A stretch of DNA of 35,037 nt from Chiloscyllium plagiosum. Lineage: Eukaryota. Shown one piece after another: positions 22,583 to 33,929 of the stretch. Made by a program: the position numbers and the translations under genes. Below the pieces are notes generated by a model. The model searched no databases. It saw nothing but the letters and a program-made list of their open reading frames with translations, and was not told where the DNA came from. The stretch lies in the NCBI RefSeq assembly GCF_004010195.1, contig NC_057719.1, forward strand, positions 5,472,513 through 5,507,549, read 5' to 3'. The number at the start of each line of letters is the position of its first letter. The first letter of the stretch is position 1.

Positions 22583-22814
22583 TTAAAAATCACACAACAC
22601 CAAGTTATAGTCCAACAGGTTTAATTGGAGGCTCACTAGCTTTAGGAGCGACAGTCCTTCATCAGGCGATTGTGGAGGACAAAATTATAACGCATAGAAT
22701 TTATAGCAAAAATTTACAGTGTGATGTAACTGAAATTATACATTGAAAAATACCTTGATTGTCTGTTGAGTCTTTCATCTGTTCGAATACCATGATAGCT
22801 TCACTTCTTTCAAG
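22583..22814 (-). mobile_element. PLE family B 3' fragment with 9-bp TSD
   Basis: Antisense to about 9140-9376. tgcctctag occurs at 22574-22582 and 22815-22823. Confidence 0.85.
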
Positions 22815-22899
22815 TGCCTCTAGAAAAGCTTTGGAGAATTATTTCTTTTCATGGGTGCCTAATCTTCTCTGGGAGCCATAAATGCTACTAATAGAACTC

Positions 22900-23000
22900 C
22901 TGTGGCTCAGTGGTAGTGTCCATGTCTCTCAGCTAGGAGGCCCAGGTTCAAGTCCCACCTGCTCCAGATGTATGTTATAACATCTCTGAACAGATTGATT
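22900..23000 (+). mobile_element. tRNA-derived SINE head
   Basis: A-box-like gtggctcagtggtag and B-box ggttcaagtccc. A degenerate relative lies at about 6590-6690. Confidence 0.65.
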
Positions 23001-23234
23001 CAGAAAATAATAAATGCTACTGATTTATTTTTCACTATTGTTGGTCGAAGATGATGTTTGTTTGCTTCATGCACTTGTTAATTATTTGTCTTCTTTTGTG
23101 TTTAATCATGCTTGATTTCAGCTGCACTTAATGCCTGATATAATTAGCAAGATTAGTTGTGCTCAGGAAGTGCAAGGACATTAATTATCTAATATAACAA
23201 TCTAATATAATTATCTAATGTAAGCGAAGTATTG

Positions 23235-25095
23235 AAAGTCTGAAATAAAAAGAGAATGTGCTGGAAATCCTGAACAGGTAGTATTAGTGGAGAGAGATAC
23301 AGTCTCAATGTTTTGAGTCAGGTGTGACTCTTAGAATTGAAAGAGCATAGGGATGCTGGGTTTAATGCTGGCAAAAGATGGACCGTTGGTAGAAGAATGA
23401 TAAAAGGGAAAACCTGGGATAGAATAATGGGTGGGAGAGATCATATTACAAAGATATGTATTGGAAGGCAAAGGGAGTGGTTTTTCATTGTGGTTGTTGT
23501 AAGTTTGCTCACTGAGCTGGCAGGTTTGTATTCAGACGTTTTGTCACCATACTAGATAGCATCATCAGTTTGCCTCCGGTGAAGTGCTGGTGTTCTGTCC
23601 CACTTTCTACTTGTGTGTCTTGGTATGTTAAAGTGGGTGATATTTTTTCTAGTTCTTTTTCTCAAAGGTTGGTAAATGGGATCCAAATCAATGTGTTTAT
23701 TGATGGAGTTCCGGTTTGAATGCCAGGCCTTCAGGAATTCCCGTATGTGTCTTTGTTTAGCCTGTCCCAGGATGGGTGTGTTGACCCAGTCAAAGTGGCG
23801 TCCTTCTTCATCTGTTTGTAAGGATATTAGTGATAATGGGTCGTGTCTTTTGGTGGCTAGTTGGTGTTTGTGTATCATGGTGGCTAGGGTACACTTTTCT
23901 GCCTGTCTGTCCGATGTAGTGTTTGTTACAGTCCTTGCGTGGTATTTTGTAAATGACATTGGTTTTGCTGGTTGTATAGGGTCCTTTAGGTTCATCGATA
24001 ACTGTTTCAATGTGTTAGTAGGTTTGTGGGCTACCATGATACCAAGGGATCGGAGCAGTCTAGTAGTCATCTCTGAGACGTGTGTGATATATGGTAATGT
24101 AGCTAGAGTTTCTGGGCATGTTGTGTCTACTTATTCAGCTTTGTTGTTGAAGAATCAGTGCTTTGTGTTTGTCAAGTATCCACTGTTCTTAAATATGCTG
24201 TCTAGGTATTTTGCTTCTGCTGCTCGTAGTTCCTGGGTGCTGCAGTGTGTTGTGGCCTATTTAAGTGATGTCTAGATGCGGCTCCGTTTGTAGATGCTGG
24301 GATGATTGCTCCTGTAATTGAGTATCTGGTCTGTGTGTGTTGCTTTCCTGTAGACGCTGGTCTGCAGTTCTCCATTGACTGTTCGTTCCACTGTGACATC
24401 CAGGAAGGGAGTCTGTTGTTGTTTTCCTCTTCTTTTGTGAAATTTATGCCAGTAAGGATGATGTTGTAGGTTTCCTTTTAATTTGTTCTGTTTTGTGATG
24501 ACAAAGGTGTCATCCATGTAGTGGACCCAAAGTTTGGGTTGGATCGTGGAGAGGGCTGTTCATTCCAGTCTCTGCATTACTGCTCCTGCTAAGAAGCCTG
24601 ATATTAGTGATCCAATGGTCTTTGTCATTGTAAAGAGACAAGGTAATTGTCCAGAGTGAATATAAATGCAAGAATAATGAACAGCTCTGTATGAAAGCAA
24701 ACATATGAAAAACCAAGATTCAAAGCGGCACATTGTGTAAAAGCAGAACCAAAATAAGGGGTGGGGGCAGTATTCAACACCTGAAAGAGTCTAATTGGAA
24801 GGTAAGATACATTTAGTTTAATTATAATGTGGCATGACAGTGAAAAGAAATGAGGGTATGAGAGTAAGATGTTAAAATAGTAAACCTCGTTACAATGGTG
24901 AGCAACTGGAAACTCTGGGATTTCTCTTCCTCAGTTGTATGATTTTGAGATCACGCTTGGGTCTGAGTGGTTGTGTTCGACAAATGGATCAACCAACCTG
25001 CTTTGTTTTCTCCACTGTAGGGGAGACAATATCACGAACAGTGAATACATTATGCTAAATTGAAAAAAAGTATAAGTAAGTTGCTGCTTTACAAA
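23235..25095 (-). mobile_element. Old PLE GIY-YIG 3' end, split by a younger PLE
   Basis: The minus strand at 24975-25091 reads VKQQLTYTFFNLA*CIHCS*YCLPYSGENK, a decayed FTC...VYCI.C..C.L.YIGET motif. A family C-like terminal repeat lies at about 23235-23340. Confidence 0.6.
23492..24622 (-). mobile_element. PLE family D (Penelope/Poseidon-like): RT C-terminus, GIY-YIG and terminal repeat, frameshifted
   Basis: IGSLISGFLAGAVMQRLE, WVHYMDDTFV, PFLDVTV...TSVYRKATHTDQILNYRSNHP and HQLATKRHDPLSLIS...REFLKAWHS..SINKHIDLDPIYQPL. A hammerhead-like motif lies at 23533-23570. Confidence 0.9.
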
Positions 25096-25389
25096 CCAAC
25101 ACACTGTCTGGAATGTGTAATTTGAGCACTCAGCATTGCTAAGTGTAACTACAATGGCTCAACTATAGTTCTGCAGAGTGCTAAGTTCATACCTGTGTTT
25201 AGTGATTTTTGCAGTGTATGGTTCATGAAATAGAATATTTATGCATACATTGTCATTATTTTAGGAGAATAGAGTAGAAAGCAGTGTGATGACTTTAAGG
25301 TTTTCAACACTGTTTATAACAGTTTGGGCTTCTCCATCAGGATTATCCTGAGATACTTGTGACTTTTGTTCTGATGTCCCATTTACACT

Positions 25390-27233
25390 TCATGAGGGGA
25401 CATGAGAAGTTGTTGGCAGATAGGATCAAGGAAAACCCTAAGGCTTTCTATAGGTATATCAGGAATAAAAGAATGACTAGAGTGAGATTAGGGCCAATCA
25501 GAGATAGGAGTGGAAAGTTGTGTGTGGAATCTGAGGACATAGAGGAAGCGCTTAATGAATACTTTTTGTCAGTACTCACCTTGGAAAAGGGAAATGTTAA
25601 TGAGAATACAGAGGTACAGGCTACAAGATTAGATGGGATTGAGGTTGACAAAGAAGAAGGTTTGGCAATTTTGGAAGATCTGAAAATAGAAAAGGCCCTG
25701 GGGCCAGATGCAGTTTATCCTCTGATTCTCTGGGAAGCCAGGGAGGTGATTGCAGAGCCTTTGGCTTCGTCTTTACATCATCATTGTCGACAGCAGTAGT
25801 GTAAGAAGACTGGAGGATAGCAAATTTTGTTTCCTTGTTTAAGAAGGGGAGTCGGGCCAACCCTGGTAATTATAGGCCAGTGAGCCTTACATTAGCTATG
25901 GGTAAGGCGTTGGAAAAGGTTATAATCGTCTGGAAAGGAATAATTAGATTATAGATAGTCAACACGGTTTTGTAAAGGGTAGGCGTGCCTCACTAACCTT
26001 ATTGAGTTCTTCGAGAAGGTGGATGAAGGTAAGGCGTTTTGATAAGCTTCCACACGGTAGGCTATTGCACAAAATAAGGAGTTTCAGGATTGAAGGTGAT
26101 TTAACGGTTTGGATCAGAAATTGGCTAGCAGAAAGAAAACAGAAGGTGGCAGTTGATGGGAAATGTTCATCTTGGAGCTCAGTTACCAGTGGTGTGCCAC
26201 AAGGATCTGTTTTAGGGCCACTGCAAGTGGGCATAGAAGGATGGGTCATGATAAAGGGCTTTTTCCCGAAACGTTGATTTTCCTGCTCCTCGGATGCTGC
26301 CTGACCTGCTTTGCTTTTCCACACTCTCGACTAGTAAATTTGCAGATGACACTAAGGTAGGCAGAGTTGTGGATAGTGTTGAAGGATGTTGTGTTTTACA
26401 GAGGGACATAGATAAGATGCAGAGCTGAGCTGAGAAGTGGCAAATGGAATTTAATGTGGAAAAGTGTGAGGTAGTTCACTTCGGAAGAAGTAACAGGAAT
26501 GCAGAGTACTGAGCTAATGGTAAAATTCTTGGCAATGTAGATGAACAGAGAAATCTTGGTGTTCAGGTGCATAAATCCCTGAAAGTTGCCACCCAGGTTG
26601 ATAGGATTGTTAAGAAGGCATATGGTGTGTTGGCGTTTATTGGGTAGGGGGATTGAGTTTCGGAACCACGAGGGCATGCTTCAGCTGTACAGGACACTGG
26701 TAAGGCCGCACCTGGAGTATTGCGTACAGTTCTGGTCACCGCATTATACGAAGGATGTGTAAGCTTTGGAAAAGGTTCAGAGGAGATTTACTGGGGTGTG
26801 GACTGGTATGGAAGGAAGGCCTTACGAGGAAATGCTGAGGGAAAAGAGGCTGTTTTCGTTGGAAAGAAGAGCTTGAGAGGGGACTTAATCTAGACATATA
26901 AGATAATCAGAGGGTTAGATAGGGTGGACAGTGAGAGCCTTTTTCCTCAGATGGTGAAGGCTATCACGAGGGGACATAGCTTTAAATTGTGGAGTGGTAG
27001 ATTTAGGACAGATATCGGGTAGTTTCTTTACTCAGAGTAGTCAGGGCGTGGAATGACCTGCCTACAACAGGAGTAGACTCGCCGATGTTAAGGGCATTTA
27101 AGTGGGCATTGGACATACGTATGGATAATAATGGAACAGTATAGGTTAGATGGGAATCAGATTAATTTTGCAAGTTGGCGCAACATTGAGGGTCAAAGGG
27201 CCTGTACTACACTGTAACATTCTATGTTTTATG
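25390..27233 (+). mobile_element. CR1 LINE, long ORF2 fragment (RT), disrupted
   Basis: IKENPKAFYRYI, PGNYRPVSL, QHGFVKGR.CLTNLIEF, FDKLPHGRLL, VTSGVPQGSVLGP and KFADDTK, followed by a 3' tail cattctatgttttatgt. It has stops and frameshifts. Confidence 0.95.
26248..26332 (+). mobile_element. Solo family A PLE terminal fragment inserted in the CR1 RT
   Basis: atgataaagggctttttcccgaaacgttgattttcctgctcctcggatgctgcc sits between the GIEGWV and SKFADD codons. Confidence 0.85.
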
Positions 27234-27234
27234 T

Positions 27235-27390
27235 TAGTCTCTCCCACAAGAGGAAACATCCTTTGCGCATCCAACTTGTCAGGTGCTTTCAGGTTATTGT
27301 TTTTCTCAACAAGACCACCTCTTATTCTTCTAAATTCTAATAGGTACAGGCTGAGCCTCACACTTAGCTCATATAATAAACCCTCTGTAG
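27235..27390 (-). mobile_element. Old CR1 fragment
   Basis: ORF 27146..27361 RLSLYLLEFRRIRGGLVE...LDAQRMFPLVGET matches the CR1 C-terminal region. Confidence 0.7.
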
Positions 27391-28061
27391 TGCTAATAAC
27401 ATGGAGACCAGATGCTGAAAAATTGTTGATAATGTGATTTTGGTGTTATAGCACTTATAAAAGTTAGGTTATTACTTCCATTTAGAATCACTAATCTTGC
27501 ATAAATGCAAAATAAGGAATTGAGTTCTTATCTTGTAGCTAGAATGTTTTGGAGCATTTTTCTGTACTGTATTTTACTATCTGTATGATATTAGTGATTA
27601 GACCCAGATGATTAGGTATCTGACAGTTCAAGTGATGTAAATTGATCTTTTAGTCATCTTTTTCTATAGTTATCAGGAAAACGTAAAACAGTATGTAGTC
27701 AAAAATGCAGTGATCAAATGAATGAAGAGAAGCAGATATATCAGATATATCAGTAATCTCACTGCATGTATTAGGTTTACTTTTAATATCTGGTATTACA
27801 AACCTAAATGTTTTCATAAACCATTGTAGAACTCAACTGATTCCATATGGATATGGTTGGTGACAATTTTTATACATGGTAAGAATGGTAGCTTCCACTG
27901 CAAAAACTATTTTTTGACTGCAACATTTTTATTCTTATACAGTTGTTTCTGTCACGTAAAGTGACTTTCATTTCCCCATTCACCTAATGTTGTCCATTTT
28001 GTGATTGTGTAGGATGTATATTTATGTTAGTTGGATCTTTTGGATTTCACATATGCAGTTT

Positions 28062-28910
28062 GTATTTATTCATTCAAAGGTTGTGCACTTCGCTGGTTGA
28101 GCCAGCAACATTACCCATCTCTTGTTTTCCTTGAAAAGGTGGTGGTGAACTGCTGTAGTCCATTTGGTGCAGATGGAACCACAATGCCATTAGGGAAGGA
28201 GATCCATCATTTTGACTCAGCGACACTGAGGGAACAACAATATAGTTCCAAGTCAGGATGGTGAGTGGCTTGGAGGGGAACTTGCAGGTGGTGGTGTTCC
28301 CATGTACTTTGCCTTCTAGATGACCTTCTTGTGGTCATGAGGTTAGGAAGGTACTGTCTGAGGAGCCTTGGTACATTTCTGCAGTGCATCTTGTAAATGT
28401 CATAACAGACCACTAATGGTGTAGAGAGTGAATGGCAGCACATTCCCGAATGACCGAGCGGGCTGTTTTGACCCAGTTGATATCTAGTTTCTTAAATATT
28501 TTTGGAGCTGCACTCAGCCAGGTAAATAGGGATTGTTCCATCACACTCCTAACTTGTGCCTTGTAGATGGTGGACAGGCTTTCAGATGACTCACCACACA
28601 ATTCTGAGCCTTGGCCTTCTTTTGTAACTGTAATTTTTATATGGCTCAATCTATTAGTCTTTTTGTCAATCATAACCCTGAAGATATTCATAGTGGGGCA
28701 TTCAGTGATGGTAATGCCATTGAATATCAAGAGATGATGGTTAGATTCTTTCTTGTTGAAGGTGGTCATTACCTGACATTTATGTAATGCAAATGTAATT
28801 TGCTACTTTCTGCTCAAATCTGAATATTGTCTAGCTCATGTCTCATTTAGACATGGCCTGCTTCAGTATCTGAGGAGTCGCAAATGGTGCTGAACATTGT
28901 GCAATCATTA
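28062..28910 (-). mobile_element. CR1-clade LINE of a second lineage, 3' part
   Basis: ORF 28413..28769 STIYKAQVRSVME.S...W.SAAP...KKLD, and ORF 28207..28443 IYKMHCRNVPRLLRQYLPN. Confidence 0.8.
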
Positions 28911-29049
28911 AACTTCTGTCATCATTTGATGCACGTTTCCTGAGCATTTAGAGTGTGAAAAGCTTTGTGATGTTTGATTACATTAAGGGTGTACTATAAT
29001 CCATTTTATTGCTGTGTTAAAAGATGTTTCAGCTTCAAACATGCATACT

Positions 29050-29150
29050 TACAGTATGGAAGCAAGCCATTTGGCCCATCCAGACATATACCCCTACTCT
29101 ATTCCTGTAACCCCGCATTTCCCAAGACCAATCCACCAAACCTGCACATT
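29050..29150 (-). mobile_element. HE1-like SINE 3' fragment
   Basis: acagtatggaagcaagccatttggccca..ctgtaaccccgcatttccc..ccaatccaccaaacctgcacat. Confidence 0.55.
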
Positions 29151-29209
29151 GAAATAACTCCACATAAACTGGCATCCTGTCACCAATTTGCCCTTTGTTT
29201 ACGTGTGGA

Positions 29210-30325
29210 GAGTCATAGTGTCATACTTGGATCCAATTAGTCCACACCAGTCATCTTCCCAAACTGAACTAGTTCTACTTTTCTGTGTTTGGCCCATATC
29301 TCTCCAAATGTTTCCTATTCGTGTACTTATCATGTCTTTTAAATATAGTAACTGTAGCTGCATCCACCACTTCCTCTGCCATTTCATTCCACACATGAAC
29401 CACTCTGTGTAAAAAAAAAAAAATTACCCCTCATGTCATAGAGATGTACAGCATGGAAACAGACCCTTTGGTTCAACCCGTCCATGCCGACCAGATATCC
29501 CAACCCAATCTATTCCCACCTGCCATCACACAGCCCATATCCCTCCAAACCCTTCCTATTCATATACCCATCCAAATGCCTCTTAAATGTTGCAATTGTA
29601 CCAGCCTCCACCACTTCCTCTGGCAGCTTATTCCATACACATACCACCCTCTATGTGAAGAAGTTGCCCCTTAGGTCTCTTTTATATCTTTCCCCTCTCA
29701 CCCTAAACCTATGACCTCTAGTTCTGGACTCCCCGACATCAGGGAAAAGCCTTTGCCTATTTACCCTATCCATGCCCCTCATAATTTTTAAACCTCTGTA
29801 AGGTCACTCCTCAGCCTCCGATGCTCCAGGGAAAACAGTCCCAGCCTGTTCAGCCTCTCCCTATAGCTTAAGTCAACATCCTTGTAAATCTTTTCTGAAC
29901 CCTTTCAAGTTTCACAACATCTTTCCGATCAGAATTACACGCAATATTCCAACAGTGGCCTAACTAATGTTCTGTACAGCCACAACATTGACCTCCCAAC
30001 CCCTGTACTCAATACTCTGACTAATAAAGGAAAGCATACCAAATGCCTTCTTCACTATCCTATCTACCTTTTTGAAATTTTCTCTTCTCAACTTAAAAAT
30101 ATACCCACTAGTCTTGAATTCCCCGACCCTAGAGAAAAGACTCTTGCTGTTCACCTTATCTATGTCCCTCGTTATTTAATAACTCTCTCTAAGGTCACCC
30201 CTCCCATTTACCAGTGAAAAAAAAGTCCCAGCCGATCAAACCTACTTTTCTAATTTAAACCGTCCATTCATGGCAACTGAATCTTTTCTGAACCCTCTCC
30301 AATTTAATAATATTCTTCCTATATC
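29210..30325 (-). mobile_element. Older CR1 3' end (29210-29435 plus 30068-30325) with a younger CR1 (29436-30067) inserted into it
   Basis: There are two CR1 tails in the same orientation. The older element resumes at tttttgaaattttctc after the younger copy, which is antisense to about 5008-5650. Confidence 0.85.
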
Positions 30326-31000
30326 TTGACAATGATCCAACTTCCTCAGAGCCAGCTCTCAGAGTGAACAGGATATCTGACTTCTGTTCTTCTCTGTCAG
30401 TCTGGGCTTCCTGATCAGGGCTGTTAATCTGGTCTAATCAGGGAACTCATATTCTGTGAGGTCCACCTGGTTGATCTTGTTGCAATCACTGTATCTCTCC
30501 CCCTCTGAGTCCGAGGACATAGGTCGGTTTTTTTAATAGCTTCTCCTGGGTATTTTAGCACGAAAGTTTCATTCCTCCAACTCTCTACCTTTGATATGGG
30601 TGTCATGTAATGCACAGTAGCTCTCGCACCTGGAGTGGCTTGGAAGAAACTCATTCTCTTCTTCAGGCAGCAAAGACGTTGAGACGGTGATATCTGCTGT
30701 GTCCATCTCAGATTCCAAGGTATCTTGAATGCTTGATGGAGAGGGAGAACCAATGTGTTATAGAACGGTCGGGAGCCAGGTACGTTTTGCTTCGCATCGT
30801 TTGTAAGTTTGCAACTTTCGTATGGCCAGCGTGCTTCTTCAGATTCGTAGCACCTACAAGAACTTTATATGTCACTGGACCTGATCTTGTTTCGGCCATG
30901 CATTTTAACCACACAGGGTCAATCCTATGGTTTCTACGCCAAACTTCATCCCCTGAAGTAAACTGCCTCTCTCCCTTGGCAGAGTCTAGTGTATAGCATT

Positions 31001-31084
31001 GATGTTCTTGAAGCCATTTCAGCCCTGGTTAAATCACATATGGTATATTGTGTTCCGTTCTGGTCACCTCATTATAGGAAGGAT
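31001..31084 (+). mobile_element. Short internal CR1 fragment at the Gypsy deletion junction
   Basis: ctggttaaatcacatatggtatattgtgttccgttctggtcacctcattataggaaggat encodes LVKSHMVYCVPFWSPHYRKD, compared with [20 protein letters not shown] at about 26697-26756. Confidence 0.7.
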
Positions 31085-32537
31085 TACCCAGCTGCAAAAA
31101 GCCATTTATCGTTTTTTAAAATCCCCACAAAAGCAAATTGAGCTGTCGGGTTTCACATTTGGTATGACTGGTTCTGCCCAATATTCAATCTGGACAGGTT
31201 TGATGATTCTTTCGTTTACCAGCCTTCTAATTTCTGCGCCTACTTTTGCCCATATGGCAAACGGCATTGGGCAGGCTTTGCAGAATCGTGGAATTGTTTT
31301 CTGGTCAACCTGCAAGGTGGCCTTGGCTCCTTTGATAGTCCCCAGATCTTCCTGAAAAGTCTTCGATATTTAATTTAGACTTCACTCTGACAGTTATTTT
31401 CTAATCAAAAAATGTTGAGCCAATCTTTCGCAACAAATTTTGCCCCATCAGGCTTGGGCTGGAGCCTTTTACTGCAATCAGTGGGAACTGAACCAGCTAC
31501 TTCTCACAACAGACCGGAACCGAAGCTGTATCCTTAATCTGCAAATGTTCCCTGGTGTAGGTTCTCAATCTAACTGAGATCTTGTGCAACCTTAAAGGTT
31601 GGAGACCAGAGTGAATTTTAGTAAAGGCTGGTTCTGCGATCACTGAAACAGCTATGCCAGTATCGACCTACGTTAGAACCGAGTGACCAGTTAAACGATA
31701 TTTATTTTGATTGGTTCTGATTTGGATGTTGCTAAGCAATTTAACTAATCCAAACCACATGCAGGTTTCCAGGGTGTGCACTCTCCTGGATACTCTGAGC
31801 ACTCTTACTCAGTTTAGGGCTATTAGGACTCTTGCTGTCTCGAGGTTGCCTACCGGCAGCCCTACAATGGCTTATCAGCCCAGATCCTGAAGAAAATCTT
31901 ATTTTTGGCCGAGGCTTGGCTTTGTTTTGGGATTTTGCTGTGGGCTGATCTAGAATCCCTCTATTCAGGATATATTCTGAATGAGTCTATGCAATTGCCT
32001 TCACTCAGGTGGTGTTCGCCAAGCTCAGTCAGCCTAGCGAGCATGTCCACTTCCTTCGGAATACCCTGCAACTCGTATGCTTCACTTGCCACATTTTCCA
32101 ATGATCAAACTAGTTGTAGTGCCTGTTTATAGTCCAGTTGTGCTTCAGCTAGTAGGTGTTTCTGCACGGTTACATCATTCATCCCACATACCAAATGGTC
32201 TTTCAGCATCTCATTAAGTGTTAAACCAAAATGTCACAAGTCTCTACCAGTCATCTTAACCTAGTCAAAAATCCCAATAGGGATTCCTCTAGTTTTTGAA
32301 TTGCCGAGTAAAACTGATAACATCTCAGATTTAGAGGAAGCTTGAGATCATAACATTTCTTAAATAAATCTGTCAACTGTTGAAAGGTTTTATTATCTGG
32401 TGCCTCAGGGAGAGTTAGGATCCTAACAACTGAAAAAGCTGTGGGTCCACAAGCTGTCAGGAGTTGCTTTTCACCTACTCAAATATAAAAAGCATTCTTT
32501 CCACATACTGGGATCAGTCTTTGACGGCAGGATCGAA

Positions 32538-33608
32538 CAATTGAAATGGCCTCCTTCTTCAAAGACCGCAATTTCCCCTCCGACGTGGTCGACGATGCTC
32601 TCCACCGTATCTCCTCCATTTCCCGCACCTCTGCACTTGAACCCCGCCCGTCCAATCGCCACCAGGACAGAACCCCACTGGTCCTCACCTTCTACCCCAC
32701 CAATCTCCGGATACATTGTATCATCCTCCGTTATTTCCACCACCTCCAGACAGACCCTACCACCAGGGATATATTTCCCTCTCCACCCCTATCAGCATTC
32801 AGGAGAGACCACTCCCACCGGGACTCCCTCATCAGGTCCACACCCCCCACCAACCCAACCTCCACTCCTGGCACCTTCCCCTGCAACCGCAAGAAGTGCA
32901 AAACGTGCGCCCACACCTCCCCCCTCACCTCCCTCCAAGGCCCCAATGGATCCTTCTATATCCGTCGCAAATTCACCTGCACTTCCACACACATCATTTA
33001 CTGTATCCGCTGCACCCAGTGTGGTCTCCTCCACATTGGGGAGACAGGCCGCCAACTTGCGGAACGTTTCAGGGAACACCTCTGGGACACCCGCACCAAC
33101 CAACCCAACTGTCCCGTGGCTGAACACTTTAGCTCCCCCTCCCACTCCGCCATTGACATGCAGGTCCTTGACCTCCTCCATCGCCAGACCCTGGCCACAC
33201 GACGCCTGGAGGAAGAGCGCCTCATCTTCCACCTAGGAACCCTCCAACCACACGGGATGAATGTAGATTTCTCCAGCTTCCTCATTTCCCCTCCCCCACC
33301 TTATCTCAGTCCCAACCCTCGGATTCAGCACCCGCCCACTTGACCTGCAATTTTCTTCCCGACCTCTGCGCCCCCACCCCCTCTACGGCCTATCACCCTC
33401 ACCCCCTTCCACCTATCGTATTCCCAGTGCCCCTCCCCCCTACCTTTTATCTCAGCCCGCTTGGCACACCAGCCTCATTCCAGAAGAAGGGCTGATGCCC
33501 GAAATTGTCGATTCTCCTGCTCCTCGGATGCTGCCTGGCCTGCTGTGTTTTTTCAGCACCACATTTTTCAACTCTGGTCTCCAGCATCTGCAGTCCTCAC
33601 TTTCTCCT
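32538..33608 (+). mobile_element. PLE family A (Neptune-like), 5'-truncated, with 12-bp TSD
   Basis: Contains the GIY-YIG ORF and a terminal repeat at about 33470-33608. Flanks are ggcaggatcgaa (32526-32537) / ggcaggattgaa (33609-33620). Confidence 0.92.
32546..33343 (+). pseudogene. C-terminal part of a PLE polyprotein (Cys-rich linker and GIY-YIG endonuclease), 265 aa open frame
   Basis: PLVLTFYP, PGTFPCNRKKCKTC, FTCTSTHIIYCIRCTQCGLLHIGETGRQLAERFREH and LEEERLIFHLGTLQPHGMN. The RT is absent. Confidence 0.88.
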
Positions 33609-33768
33609 GGCAGGATTGAATGGGTCAAGGTTCCCAAATAATGTTATGATGTCAGAAATGTTTATTCCAGGATGACTGTTGTGAGTTAGTTTCTTCAGGA
33701 GCATGTTTTTTTCTCTGGTCACCTGCATTGCCATTCAACTTGATAATGGCTGATCTTTTATAGCAACA

Positions 33769-33913
33769 AGGTAAAAACAATGACTGCAGATGCTGGAAAC
33801 CAGATTCTGGAACAGTGGTGCTGGAAGAGCACAGCAATTCAGGCAGCATCCGGGAACGGCAAAATCGGATGCTGCCTGAATTGCTGTGCTCTTCCAGCAC
33901 CACTGATCCAGAA
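33769..33913. mobile_element. Fold-back family A terminal-repeat element with 13-bp TSD
   Basis: 49-bp arms at 33804-33852 and 33866-33914 with one mismatch. ttttatagcaaca occurs at 33756-33768 and 33914-33926. Confidence 0.92.
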
Positions 33914-33929
33914 TTTTATAGCAACACCC

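Larger units (their letters stand above)
30330..33755 (-). mobile_element. Internally deleted Ty3/Gypsy LTR retrotransposon (gag, protease, RT start, integrase C-terminus)
   Basis: gag start LFGNLDPFNPA|VKD*SQYVERM (split by a PLE), MLKDHLVCGMND..QKHLLAE, protease VDTG (DTG codons at 31656-31664), RT start PRFCKACPMPFA...WAEPVIPNVKPDSSICFCGDFK, and integrase C-terminus RSGPVTYKV. Confidence 0.88.

Noticed and set aside
23676..24275. 199-aa plus-strand ORF as a host membrane protein
   Set aside because: It is the antisense shadow of the family D PLE coding region.
32541..33285. Several overlapping long ORFs (231, 135, 146 and 95 aa)
   Set aside because: These are alternative frames of a C-rich PLE sequence that is poor in stop codons. 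Only 32546..33343 has recognisable motifs.
33690..33760. Gypsy primer-binding site and LTRs
   Set aside because: Only a degenerate tggcaatgcagg is visible on the minus strand, and no matching LTR pair could be found.
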